From contig VRVR01000014.1 in NCBI GenBank assembly GCA_009859145.1, positions 335,373 to 392,309 on the forward strand: a DNA stretch of 56,937 bases. Direction: 5' to 3'. This document shows, one piece after another, positions 29,801-38,180 of this stretch. Within the stretch, counting starts at the first letter, position 1. The number at the start of each line of letters is the position of its first letter. Source of the DNA: Andalucia godoyi And28. Taxonomy: Eukaryota > Protista > Jakobida. The position numbers and the translations under genes were made by a program. A model generated the notes under the pieces. The model was not told the origin of the DNA. It did no database searches and saw only the letters and a list, made by a program, of their open reading frames with translations.

Positions 29801-32092
29801 TCTCTTGTCATGTCGAGAATCGAGAACAATTGTGTGGACTTTCCTCCTATCCAGTACCCCTTGTCCTTTGCTTCCGACCAAGAATTCCAGACGTGGTTTA
29901 CAATACGCAATGTCTCCGAGGGCCCTATTTCCGCGCAATTGTCGTTTGAGCCGAGTGCACACTTGCTGTCCTTTGCGGCCATTGAGCTGATGCAGAGAAA
30001 AACCGACGTACCTGCGAAGAAGGTAACGCTGAAACCGGGAGAATCGATGGATGTATCACTGAAACTTTTGCCCATGAAAGGAAAGCGACCACCAGCTCCG
30101 ATTTGCCATTTTGAGACCTCTTGGTCGACGGCATCGACACCGCTGCCAATGCATACCATTGGCAGACTTCGTGTGAAGACGGGTGGCGATGTTGGAGAAG
30201 TCATTCGTGTCCGTGGCATTGTACTGGTTCGCTCCTCCATATCCCTTAGCGCCTCGACGATCTCCGTCCCACTGATTGAGGGTTCATTGTCTGCAGAACT
30301 GGAAGACGCATTTTCGGTCATAAACTCGGACTCGGACTTGCCGATTCATGTTCGTCTTGATGTGCCACAGACTGTCGCCGGAGTAAAGGTTGTTGTGCAT
30401 CCCGCGTCGTGTTGGCTGGAGCCTGCACAGTCACACAGCATCAGCGTGACCTGCCATATTGACTGGGATTCCGTGGATCGTGCCATACTTCAAAATGGCC
30501 TGTCGGCAGATGTCATCATATCCGATGCGGATCAACCACGATTTGCTTCGAAATTATCCATTGTGCTGGTTCCGCGGGCAGTAGAATTTTCACCTCATCT
30601 GGAGCTGATGTCAGAGGGAGACTTGCTGGCGGATGAAAGTACGTCTTCTTTGGCAAAGCGGAATTCTGGTGACGTCGAGGATGCTCGTCTATCTGCTCTG
30701 TCTCTTTCAGGTCTGCAATCCAATCCCGAATCAAATGACTCGTATCGGCTGCTCTTCAGCGCAAATAGCAAACAGCAGACGTTCTATTTGCAGAATCGTA
30801 GTCAGGCACCGTTGGAATTCCGCATCACGCAGATCGTTGACTATGGCGATGCCGTATTTTCTGTAAATCGACGTATTGGGCAACTGACGGATTCCACGAC
30901 GCAGTTGCCGATCTCCGTCAGTGTTGACACGCGGGCAGCTGGTCGACACGTCACGTTTTTGCTCATTGAGAACCTCGGCAACGCCCAGGACAGCAAGATT
31001 GTTGAAGTCATTGCTGACGTTGTGCCGGATTACCTCCGGGACCCATTATTCGTTGTAGCGCCTTCCGGACTGCTGGACTTTGGATCAGTCTTCATTGGAC
31101 ATGCATCTGCAATTCGATGCATCGATGTGCACTCACACTTTGCTTTTCCGCTGGAAGTACAGATTGAAGTTGAAATTCCAGAAGAGTTTGGAAGTGGCTG
31201 CACAATGATTCTCAGTGCGGATTTGCTGTGTTTGCACGCCCACAGCACGAAACGGTTTACCCTGCAAATCCAATCCGAAGAAGTGTCTTTTTCAACAGAC
31301 AGTCAAGTCGTGGATGGTAGCGTCTGTCTTCGTTCCTTTTCAGGAGTATCCAGTGTTCTCCGTGTTCCGTTTCGCGTAACGCTGGTCCGCCGGTGGTTCG
31401 ACTTGAAAATCGATCGGCAGACAATTGCCTCCGTGGCTTCCGAGGACTTTCTGTTGCATTTCAGTTCATCGGGACGCCGCGGAAACGTGGTTGCGCTAAC
31501 GGTTCAAGATGTGTTGCGTGTTGATGGCGGTGTTGATCCTCTTGCGGTTGCGGAAGATGGAGCGTGTTTTTCGTATCGAGTGCAAGCGGGATCGTCTCTT
31601 GGAAATCACGTCTCGTTTTATGACTGGGACTCCCCTGACGCGCGCGTTGTGTTGCACTTTCAAGACACTGCGTCCACAATTGATGAGGATTTGGAGATTG
31701 TTCGGAAGCTGGTTGTTGCGTTTATTTTCCGTCTCCGTCGGCAGTCCTTTTCAAACTTGCCCGACGAGGACATGAAGCGTATGTTGATTCTGGAATTGTT
31801 TGTTGCAGACTGCGTCCTCGACCTGGCAGCCCGCTATTCGTTCATTTCAGAATTCAGTTCTGTATGTTGCTTGTTTGTATCTACTGTTTTCGGGCACTCT
31901 TCCTTCGCTGCCAGTTTCGCAGCTGCCGTCGACGGCCATGATATCCACTTATCCTCGCTATCTCCTGGTTTCGCAACAGTATTGAGGCGTCTTTGCCATA
32001 TTGCTCGCTGGGTCTCTGTCGACTTTGCGGGTGCGAAGCACAGCAAGGCCGTCACCGCGCTGGCGTCCTTGACGTTTGTCGAGTCTCCATGA
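23870..32092 (+). CDS. Very large protein with many ASH/PapD-like Ig-fold repeats (HYDIN/CFAP47/CFAP65-type fold; about 2740 aa); 5' end uncertain (first in-frame ATG at 23891)
   Basis: Recurrent beta-strand units such as LFFGEC...FTVKNLSELP, LDFGDC...ICIKNTS, LNFGEL...LTINNVSELP, LDFGIL...FYVTNRS, LHFGHI...LEIFNNS, LDFGSV. Confidence 0.7.
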   Translation: MFSLLQGMSHHVGEGLPFECLEPKIELRSVVVRTSKALSRITLRSKSAEPQVIQLSSSLGRIICFQLDNQNIQGGNSQPSLPASNSQGQFDDPNDDFNELFNEINFVREVRLLPFETKGIVVSFDSVLAVSQSSVLKAVDKYSFFTISGNLVLSSNARQLQIPFEASMCKSVIDCDTKDLFFGECTSDEVYVRDFTVKNLSELPASFVISTKNLNYGTLDFSEFSTGMSISSSRNIGPFASVRIRVSFRPTFVGAVQSAFTILNEVDTENRVRVDFAAAVVSKSSRSAGIWLDCGSVLDFGDCYTSIERQCLICIKNTSLEAYDLLLESPFKEELTFSVRNNTSTASPFGDSRSSTPSTDSDEDGIFSVVSSPSMKRSMSVEVPDLGDSVFSTAGLGSLESDRQTVRPEDRFLHLSRAGLSSSGSSFSTVPVAQQGYCATPRLQSFRSSPTSPLGPNKRDPESENPSQMIAEVVRKLQVEHMTIYPGERKEVSVHYIPKSDGMPTSSASKLMSRSFYFIVRSSDMDSSYSKTVLCKAKVCSSLVDVNLDSAFIDLEECEIGLRRTFQIPIVNRSELPAEICVSLQSTILLTDAMTYVIPPKGNLLLPFSITPRRTNLRYRKEIILTNTCNREFRYIVLVKSQNVDRKVQVIHSSFYSLAVHGETGFLRTVDYGAAAINSVAVRRLVIKNTSPKSIRLRFVPLSPQIALFQAGSLPKNVDIETFAELGKKEAFVSTVDESTQSFLERFLPLPPDLKKVVEKNNFRSAFNAAAVADAPSVEGSTDSIGSPPVSEGSSIASLSDELLQSRLDFIVQEFIDDSCRLPADDGSVTADAEEQYVRRRTNVERALRRCIEFGLLRSCRYVFLGPDEERSLYLVLNPTEETPQGESAGKLKKAELDLQILLEHYSRELFESLLAAEDIGILKDVPARMITARTMLCRSMMEVSMKNLNFGELNAHEHRIRALTINNVSELPLFYKVQKSGSVASGDLLIPSGRVGIIRPYGSRDIQFFFQPSFTGPFRETLTLENLRDRSNDQIITVKANVLKPQKFSIRPDFLDFGILGVPEGKSRVQRFYVTNRSNKNRYFLVSVDGGFSSMRDVQVDFQFELEAGKGEIDPAQIEELIEKAEHKRRIGVRKQKLDKVKKLTEKIRRLRAMLSGEDIDAAAFSEVEDGGTPRAGREGRKVNNSISLVVGPADTQAVLAVVTCRCLNTEVPVGFRTIRGKFLVYERGNTDEIRKVDFEISLSPSDDRSVPIYRPPSLGLPVPASIKNLQLEVRHARQQSTIEVSTPTQVALSSSSLVSSASPRSRFPLPDFPVSEPPLFLPHPNVDLDVMLINSEKQIAISVSNRTDEAFSYRASVGSAGLKLVSSEGSFAPGLSTVSLICQPAFTGKFSWEVSFVCSSASWPSFVLSGVVTARVIQQSPLTFPSLGPDECLHFGHIYLPHSDFLEEDYAKTSSLEIFNNSEALCRCTISSNLTKQISIYSDPSLTAAVSSFVLSANERVVLFVKLVPRIKREISQGNEAVAREVVGGINVKIVDGDNNEALHSRTIRLDSVVGFSGLSVPQTVFDVPFDSASEFAECTVRVQNESLLLPAMFSLVGIQGLEILDAVFCVPPASSSSIRVRLRNRYSGLQFAAFCVEDSNSPGRVFRVVIRSISSRGYLSLTPIIATKSRNSAFDVSGLPVFFSGDQLITVMNDLHSSIRDVTVDEQTVSPLSLSQLSRSIPFASVFKVHNCTPVPQQVVFLSKSPLAIVPLSRKAITIDSLLRDARHCEVPGLQNNIDTESLFATLGNFCGPPFSISPDDTTTVFVIATAAPLLTLQNLEALKSRGSVVVSDFIRCLCISQDTTSLGAEAAFTTCLYTPLIRPSSQTVSIGDVGHCNGWRDVVFSFGLEGTGPVPVAVSFDDPTKLITFKIPDNDQFLFVPPIGGTIQVQCSLSVSSLPRDVGGDAVTFVHVRLRDSVADSFMMSVKYRVTVPSLVMSRIENNCVDFPPIQYPLSFASDQEFQTWFTIRNVSEGPISAQLSFEPSAHLLSFAAIELMQRKTDVPAKKVTLKPGESMDVSLKLLPMKGKRPPAPICHFETSWSTASTPLPMHTIGRLRVKTGGDVGEVIRVRGIVLVRSSISLSASTISVPLIEGSLSAELEDAFSVINSDSDLPIHVRLDVPQTVAGVKVVVHPASCWLEPAQSHSISVTCHIDWDSVDRAILQNGLSADVIISDADQPRFASKLSIVLVPRAVEFSPHLELMSEGDLLADESTSSLAKRNSGDVEDARLSALSLSGLQSNPESNDSYRLLFSANSKQQTFYLQNRSQAPLEFRITQIVDYGDAVFSVNRRIGQLTDSTTQLPISVSVDTRAAGRHVTFLLIENLGNAQDSKIVEVIADVVPDYLRDPLFVVAPSGLLDFGSVFIGHASAIRCIDVHSHFAFPLEVQIEVEIPEEFGSGCTMILSADLLCLHAHSTKRFTLQIQSEEVSFSTDSQVVDGSVCLRSFSGVSSVLRVPFRVTLVRRWFDLKIDRQTIASVASEDFLLHFSSSGRRGNVVALTVQDVLRVDGGVDPLAVAEDGACFSYRVQAGSSLGNHVSFYDWDSPDARVVLHFQDTASTIDEDLEIVRKLVVAFIFRLRRQSFSNLPDEDMKRMLILELFVADCVLDLAARYSFISEFSSVCCLFVSTVFGHSSFAASFAAAVDGHDIHLSSLSPGFATVLRRLCHIARWVSVDFAGAKHSKAVTALASLTFVESP

Positions 32093-32254
32093 AAAGTCTC
32101 TTGACGCTCGTAGGCGATGCGTTGCTTGAGTGCTGGTTTTTATTTTTATCCTTTGGTTTTGTGATTTGTGATTTGCAATTTGTAATTTGTATTTTATATA
32201 TATTTTAAAAAATACGTTACGGTGTGCTGTGTGTTTGCAGCTGCTGATTTGAAC

Positions 32255-33661
32255 ATGTGCGACAACGAAACGAGATTCGACATCATTATTGTGGGTGCTG
32301 GAGTTGCTGGTGCATCGTTGGCTGCGCGACTCGGTCAGTGTACGGAGTTCCGCATTGCTGTTATTGAACGCGATTGGAACGAGCCTGATCGGATTGTTGG
32401 AGAGTTTCTCCAGCCGGGAGGAGTTCATGCGCTGAATCAGCTCGGATTGAGCAGCTGTTTGGATGGCATTGATGCAGTGACGACCGCCGGTTATGCGGTG
32501 TTCCTCAACGGCGAAGCGGTTCACTTTCAGTATCCGACTGTCGCAGGCAAGCCCAACACCGGAAGAGCCTTTCACCATGGTCGCTTCATCCAGAATCTGC
32601 GGAGATCCGTGAGAGAGTGTGCGAAAACCGTGACATGCATATCCGGAGCCGTTGTCGGTTTGCTCGAAAATGAGCCACAGGACCATGTGTGCGGTGTTCG
32701 CTACCGGCGAGTTTTGGCGAACGGGAGTGTCAGCGACGAGTTGCATGAGCTGGAATCGAAATTGACTATTATCTGCGATGGGCCTGCGTCTTCTCTGCGC
32801 CGAGTTGTTGCCAAGGCTCTCGCACCGTGTGTTCGTTCACACTTTGTCGCTCTGCTGTTGAAGAATGTGAACCACGAGCTTCCGTTTCCAAATCATGGAC
32901 ACGTGATTTTGTCAGATCAATGCAACCCTATTTTGATGTATCCCATCGGTGATAGCGAGAACCACTGCCGAGTTTTAGTCGACTTGGACGACGAACCGTT
33001 GCCAAATGTCGCCAACGGGGACATGGCGAATTTTCTGTTGCGAAGCATTCTGCCTGAAGTACCTGCGGCTGTGCAGCCGCAGTTTAAGGCTGCTGTCGAA
33101 ACTGGAAGAATAAGGTGCATGCCAAACCGTATTTTAGCAGGGAAGCCCTACGGTCTTCGAGGAGCATTTTTGCTTGGCGACGCATTCAATTGCCGCCATC
33201 CGCTTACGGGGGGAGGCATGACAGTTGCCTTGAGCGATGTGTACATCATGTCTTTGTTAATTTCTCGCATTTCAATAGAAGAGTTGTCGGATCCGGCAGC
33301 AATGCACAAGTTGTTCCAGGAGTTTCTTGTGCGACGCCGACCATTGGCAAAATCAATTAATGTCCTCGCCTCTGCGCTGTATTCTGTTTTTGCTGCCAAA
33401 GACAGCTCAGCCATGCCGGCCATTCGAGAAGCATGTTTTGACTATTTCAAGCAAGGAGGAGAAAACGTCCGAGGCCCAATGGGTCTGCTAAGCGGCTTGT
33501 CGCCATCCGTTCCTGTGCTGGTCAAACATTTTTTTGGCGTCGCACTCCACGGCATGAAATCAGTCCTCCTTCCGATCCCAACTCCTTTCGGTCTCCTGAA
33601 AGCTTCTCACATGTTGGTTGCAGCTTGCAGTGTTATCGTACCTCTTCTTTGGAGATTATAG
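32255..33661 (+). CDS. SQLE: Squalene epoxidase/monooxygenase (468 aa)
   Basis: DIIIVGAGVAG, DRIVGEFLQPGG, FHHGRFIQNLR, GDAFNCRHPLTGGGMTVAL, INVLASALY, ACFDYFKQGG, hydrophobic C-terminal helices. Confidence 0.95.
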   Translation: MCDNETRFDIIIVGAGVAGASLAARLGQCTEFRIAVIERDWNEPDRIVGEFLQPGGVHALNQLGLSSCLDGIDAVTTAGYAVFLNGEAVHFQYPTVAGKPNTGRAFHHGRFIQNLRRSVRECAKTVTCISGAVVGLLENEPQDHVCGVRYRRVLANGSVSDELHELESKLTIICDGPASSLRRVVAKALAPCVRSHFVALLLKNVNHELPFPNHGHVILSDQCNPILMYPIGDSENHCRVLVDLDDEPLPNVANGDMANFLLRSILPEVPAAVQPQFKAAVETGRIRCMPNRILAGKPYGLRGAFLLGDAFNCRHPLTGGGMTVALSDVYIMSLLISRISIEELSDPAAMHKLFQEFLVRRRPLAKSINVLASALYSVFAAKDSSAMPAIREACFDYFKQGGENVRGPMGLLSGLSPSVPVLVKHFFGVALHGMKSVLLPIPTPFGLLKASHMLVAACSVIVPLLWRL

Positions 33662-34333
33662 TCTTTGGTTGCCACTTTTTTTCCCATGTCGTGTGTACTT
33701 CAGCGTGAATCTGTATAAATCGATCGCATTTTCTTGTTGTCTCCACCAATTTGAGCACGAATTATTTATTTTTTCTTCTTTTATTTCTGTTTCAAAAAAA
33801 AAAAAAAAAAGAAAAAAGAAAAAAGAAGAAGAACCGAACAGCGAGACAGCACACGCGCTGGATTACGGATTAAAACCGTGAGGATCGCAACCACGACTCC
33901 GAAACACGGTAGGCAACAGCGAGTTTACCGCAATGATCGTGGGTGCCAGACAGTGACCTCCATCTCCATCCGTTATCCGTGTAGAAGCTGGTTGTGCGGC
34001 ATTGTCGCGTGTCAACTGGCAATGAAGAATTTGACATTTCTGCCGCTCTCCTGCCAATTGCCTGTTTGCTTGGCAAGACGACGACTTCCGAGTTCCATGC
34101 GATCTCGCTGCATTTCCCAGCAGCCATCAAACCAAAAGAAAACCGAAATGCATCCCGGGCCACCAGGAGATCGTCGCCACATTTAACTATAATATTCAGC
34201 CGTCTTTTCAGCGAACGCAGCAACCCTTCAAACCATGATATCATGCTTGGACTGCCACTCCTCCACTTTCTTCCACGGAAACGCAGTCTTCTGTTTGAGA
34301 TGAAGGGGCTCACAGATTCTGTCCAGCTCTTCG

Positions 34334-34873
34334 TCAGTGGGTTGTCTCAGGGGGATCTGCTTGATATCTCTGGACGTCTTCTTCGCTCAGCTTGGATGGC
34401 CAAATGTACCCACGACGAAGATATCGAACAAGTTGACCGTCCATTAGATTGTCAAAGTAATAATCAGGACGCTTGATGACCAGAGCAGCACGGTGTGAAT
34501 AAATAAATGCAACCCAGCCCATCCACCATGGTGCACAGAGAGCTGATGACAGCGCTTTTGGAAGCATATTGTTCGTGTACCCCCTGCGAACCCACTCAGC
34601 GATGCAGCAGTTATAGTACGCTTGGAGACATGTCAGGTTATCTGACCAAGACAGAGTACAGGGATGACGGGACCATGAAACTCCAGTTTGACCCTTCGCA
34701 ACTTTCGTGATGACATCGATCATCTGCGATGCCTCAACGCGTTGTTTCCCAAGGCGCTGGTAATCCAAATGTCGAAACGAGGTTTCGAAGACCTGCTCAA
34801 CTGTTTGAACGGAGGCTGGATGTTCGCCTGGAAGAGGAATGAATAATCCTGCAATGAAAAACGTGTTGACCAT
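34334..34873 (-). CDS. Pyrimidine-dimer DNA glycosylase/T4 endonuclease V superfamily protein (MSMEG_6728/giant-virus type); may extend to 34228 via a frameshift
   Basis: MVNTF, LDYQRLGKQRVEA, WSRHP, EWVRRGY, PWWMG, SHRAALVIKRPDYY, GYIWP. Confidence 0.8.
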   Translation of the reverse strand: MVNTFFIAGLFIPLPGEHPASVQTVEQVFETSFRHLDYQRLGKQRVEASQMIDVITKVAKGQTGVSWSRHPCTLSWSDNLTCLQAYYNCCIAEWVRRGYTNNMLPKALSSALCAPWWMGWVAFIYSHRAALVIKRPDYYFDNLMDGQLVRYLRRGYIWPSKLSEEDVQRYQADPPETTH

Positions 34874-35845
34874 TGCCACAATCAAAAAGAAAAGAAAAGA
34901 AAAGAAAAGAAAAGAAAAAAAGAAACTTGTCTGGCAATGCAACGCCTACATTGTACACTAACCACGGATAATCATCGCTGATCACCCATAATCCATGCTG
35001 CAATCCAAACAACATGCATAATGCGACGTGGCGGCGTGTGTATAGGGATTTCCTGATCAAAATGGGGCGAAACGAATCGGGCATCGTGTGACGGAGTTGC
35101 TTAAGATAGCAAGCGCATGCGCATGGCGCGTGGCAGTGTTTTTTTGTTTGCGCGCGAGGAAAGATGCAACGCCCAGGCTCGATTGTACGTGCAGACGCGG
35201 CAACTGCTCTCCAACCCAAGCTTTCTTGTGTTTTTCTGATCCGCTGGTGATGTCTACGGGTAGTGTTGCTGAGTTGGCAGCCGTCGACCCACGCTGTTTG
35301 ATGAGGGTCCACCAAAACAATTACAGTATCATCTATTTGTGGGGTGCAACGCAGTCACCTTTGCTGCCGCGCGCCATTGGTGTGCAAGTCAAGGTCCAAT
35401 GCAACACTACCGAATGTTCAGTGCCTCGTTTTTTTAATTTAAAAATAATAAATCTCGGGAGTTCTAGCGCAGTGAGCGGCAGACGCGGTCGTGGGTGGCG
35501 CCGTTGCGGGTTTTCAACAGCGACTGTTATACAAATCAAACGAGTTCAGGGAATGCCAGGGCCAGGTCGCGATCATCACGAAAGAATGGAACGGTGGTGC
35601 ACGTAACACCCATCTCATGAACGCCGAAGTGCATGCTGGGGCCCATCCTCCCCCTTCCCGGTGCTGCAGTGCTGATTGAGGATGAGGATGCGTAGTCAGC
35701 GATGCCTACGTATGATCAGTGTGTAAATTCTTCTTGTGCAAACGATTATTTGCAGCTGGCAGCGACGTGGAGGAAGAGAGAACCCCCTCCCCCCTCCACC
35801 CAGAGAACCATATCATCGCACGCCTGCGTGGTCTACGTCATGCTT

Positions 35846-37702
35846 CTACTGTGCGTTGACGCGCACATTCTTGTACAGATCCACTGCTTGCGAAAGTTTG
35901 GATGCATACACTGGATCACGGACCATGTCATCCAAGATGTGCACAACTTCCGCTTGGCCTGGGGACAGAGTGGCCGATCGGCGTACCGGAGATAGATCGC
36001 CACCACGCGGAGAACCCGGAGCCACGGTTTCACTCGGGTTGGCATTCACTGTAGCGCTCGGTGCGCCGATAAGACGCGCTTCGTCATGATCCTCTGGATC
36101 ATTCACATGCCAGTACGAGTCCAGTCGGGACAGCTCAGTTTGTTCGCGGACGACGGTTGGGGGTAGTGTCTCGACTCTTGAAAACCATCGTCTCAGATAC
36201 TTCTCGTCCAAACGCACAAGCCAATTTCCTCCCCGTTGTTGTCGACCACTCATGATCTGACTCCAATACACTTGCGCAGAGGTGACGTTTTCAAACTCTT
36301 CCATTTTGGACATCGTGACCTTGGGCTCAACCTTGAGCAATTTCAGCAAGGGCAGCGTGGACCCACCAAATACCACAATGGTGAACATCACGATGGCCAA
36401 TGTCGTCGTGAATATCATTTCGCCGTCAGCCACAGGAGATTTTGGCCCAACAAGTCCAATTGCAAGAGCGAAAGCGATTGCACCGCGGAGTCCAGAAAAG
36501 AACATGACAAATTGATTCTTCGCGGATATTTTGTTCGTCCGGGCAGTGTTAAGAATCAAAGTAAGCGGATAGATATTTGCGGCACGACCCAGCATGCAAA
36601 ACACGATGCCCCAGAAGATCAGGCCATAGTGAACCTTGTGATCAAACACAAAGATTGCGAATCCCAGATACAGGAAAACAAACGACTCCGAGATGAACGC
36701 AAACATTTTGAACACACGCGCAGACATGACAGACAATTCCTCTGTCAAGTTCGGTCTCACATAATATGACAATACCATTCCCGAGGTTAACACACACATG
36801 ATGCCGGAAAGCGAGATCGCCTCCGCAAGCAAGTACCCCATGTACGCCTGGACAGTCAGCATGGACAGCGCAAGCACCAAGTGATCTCTCATTGCAACAT
36901 ATTTGAAAAACAGTGCAGTGGCGAAACCAACAGCGATTCCAAGAATCGTAGACCCAAAAAACAGAAGCATGAACTGCCAGAGGCCAAGCATGACGGACAC
37001 CCCCGAAAACTCATGGTCCACAAAGTATTCGAACGTCTTGTAGAGCACGATTGCGACTGCGTCATTCACAACGGACTCTCCAAATACAAGATAATGGAGC
37101 GTTGGGTTCACATTGAGCGCCGAAAATATGGCAAGTGTGGCAACCGGATCCACGGCAGAAATGAGAGCTCCAAAGAGCAAGCAGTCCAGCAAAGAAAGTG
37201 AAGCAGAAGCGCCAAACGTCCCAAATGCGTACAGGCCAATTGCAATCACAATCGTCGATATCACGGTTCCAAAAACTGCATACAAGACAATGGATCCGAT
37301 GTTTCCAAAAAAGTCCGTTTTTTCCAGCGAATACCCAGCTTCAAAAATGATGGAAGGCAGTAAAAAGATAAAAAAGACCTCTGGAGACAGCCGAAGCGCT
37401 GCAATGTCGTCGTGAGAGCTCGACAGCTTCACGAACAGTCCAGCGAGCGCACCAACGGCAATCATTGCAATCGACTCGGGGAGATAGTGGAAGTGGAATC
37501 GCAGCAGTAAATACACAATAACCAAGGAAATTGCGAGAAGACCAAACAACATCAGCAGAAGACGAGCTTCAAGATGCTCTTCTTCAACACAGATCGGAGA
37601 AGTGTATTCTTCTTCATTTGCAGCTATGCAAGAAATGCCATTCAAAACAAGCAAACTGCACAGCAGCAATGCAGCCAAAACACGAAACGAGGACAATCGC
37701 AT
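35846..37702 (-). CDS. CPA1 Na+/H+ exchanger (NHE8/endosomal NHX-like) (618 aa)
   Basis: FFIFLLPSIIFEAGYSL, FGALISAVDPVATL, VFGESVVNDAVAIVL, LSGIM, GRAANIYPL, FSGLRGAIAFALA. About 12 TM segments plus a signal peptide. Confidence 0.93.
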   Translation of the reverse strand: MRLSSFRVLAALLLCSLLVLNGISCIAANEEEYTSPICVEEEHLEARLLLMLFGLLAISLVIVYLLLRFHFHYLPESIAMIAVGALAGLFVKLSSSHDDIAALRLSPEVFFIFLLPSIIFEAGYSLEKTDFFGNIGSIVLYAVFGTVISTIVIAIGLYAFGTFGASASLSLLDCLLFGALISAVDPVATLAIFSALNVNPTLHYLVFGESVVNDAVAIVLYKTFEYFVDHEFSGVSVMLGLWQFMLLFFGSTILGIAVGFATALFFKYVAMRDHLVLALSMLTVQAYMGYLLAEAISLSGIMCVLTSGMVLSYYVRPNLTEELSVMSARVFKMFAFISESFVFLYLGFAIFVFDHKVHYGLIFWGIVFCMLGRAANIYPLTLILNTARTNKISAKNQFVMFFSGLRGAIAFALAIGLVGPKSPVADGEMIFTTTLAIVMFTIVVFGGSTLPLLKLLKVEPKVTMSKMEEFENVTSAQVYWSQIMSGRQQRGGNWLVRLDEKYLRRWFSRVETLPPTVVREQTELSRLDSYWHVNDPEDHDEARLIGAPSATVNANPSETVAPGSPRGGDLSPVRRSATLSPGQAEVVHILDDMVRDPVYASKLSQAVDLYKNVRVNAQ

Positions 37703-37857
37703 TTTCAACAAGAACGCAATAAGTAAATAATCCCGATTCCGCCCTCTTTTTCTCTAAAAGTAAGAAAAGAAAGAAAAACCAACAACACCAACCAAAAAAT
37801 TCCCCCAAAAAACAAAAAGTACTACAACTCTCAACTCTCAGAAACGCCAATAACAAA

Positions 37858-37906
37858 AGAATCTTTTTCGACAGAGAGAATCTTTTTTCGACAGAGAGAA
37901 TCTTTT
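37858..37906. repeat. 19-20 bp tandem repeat (about 2.5 copies) in the divergent NHE/TPC intergenic region
   Basis: agaatctttttcgacagag / agaatcttttttcgacagag / agaatctttt read directly. Confidence 0.85.
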
Positions 37907-38180
37907 CTCACGCAATCTTTTTCCTTTTGTACTTTCCTTCTTATTTTTTACATATTTTATTATATATATATAATTGGCTTGTTTGTTACCTTGTGAGGAG
38001 GAGGAGGCGCGCCCCGGCTGCAGTGCCATTGAACCAGCTGACCCTTTCGGGACGTAGGTTTGTGACACTTTTCTCTGCTCGCATCGGTGCTGTGATGATG
38101 TGATCGTTGACGTTTCGGGGACCTACGAGCTTCCCTCCCCCTCTCGTTGAGAAGTGCCCGAGGCGTCATGGAAACAGAGC

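Noticed and set aside
33870-34476. 147-aa minus and 160-aa plus ORFs next to the glycosylase
   Set aside because: No recognisable motifs; they partly overlap the glycosylase locus.
9424-34873. ALKBH1, POLE and the endoV-like gene as a DNA-repair cluster
   Set aside because: Spread over 25 kb with unrelated genes in between; no evidence of clustering.
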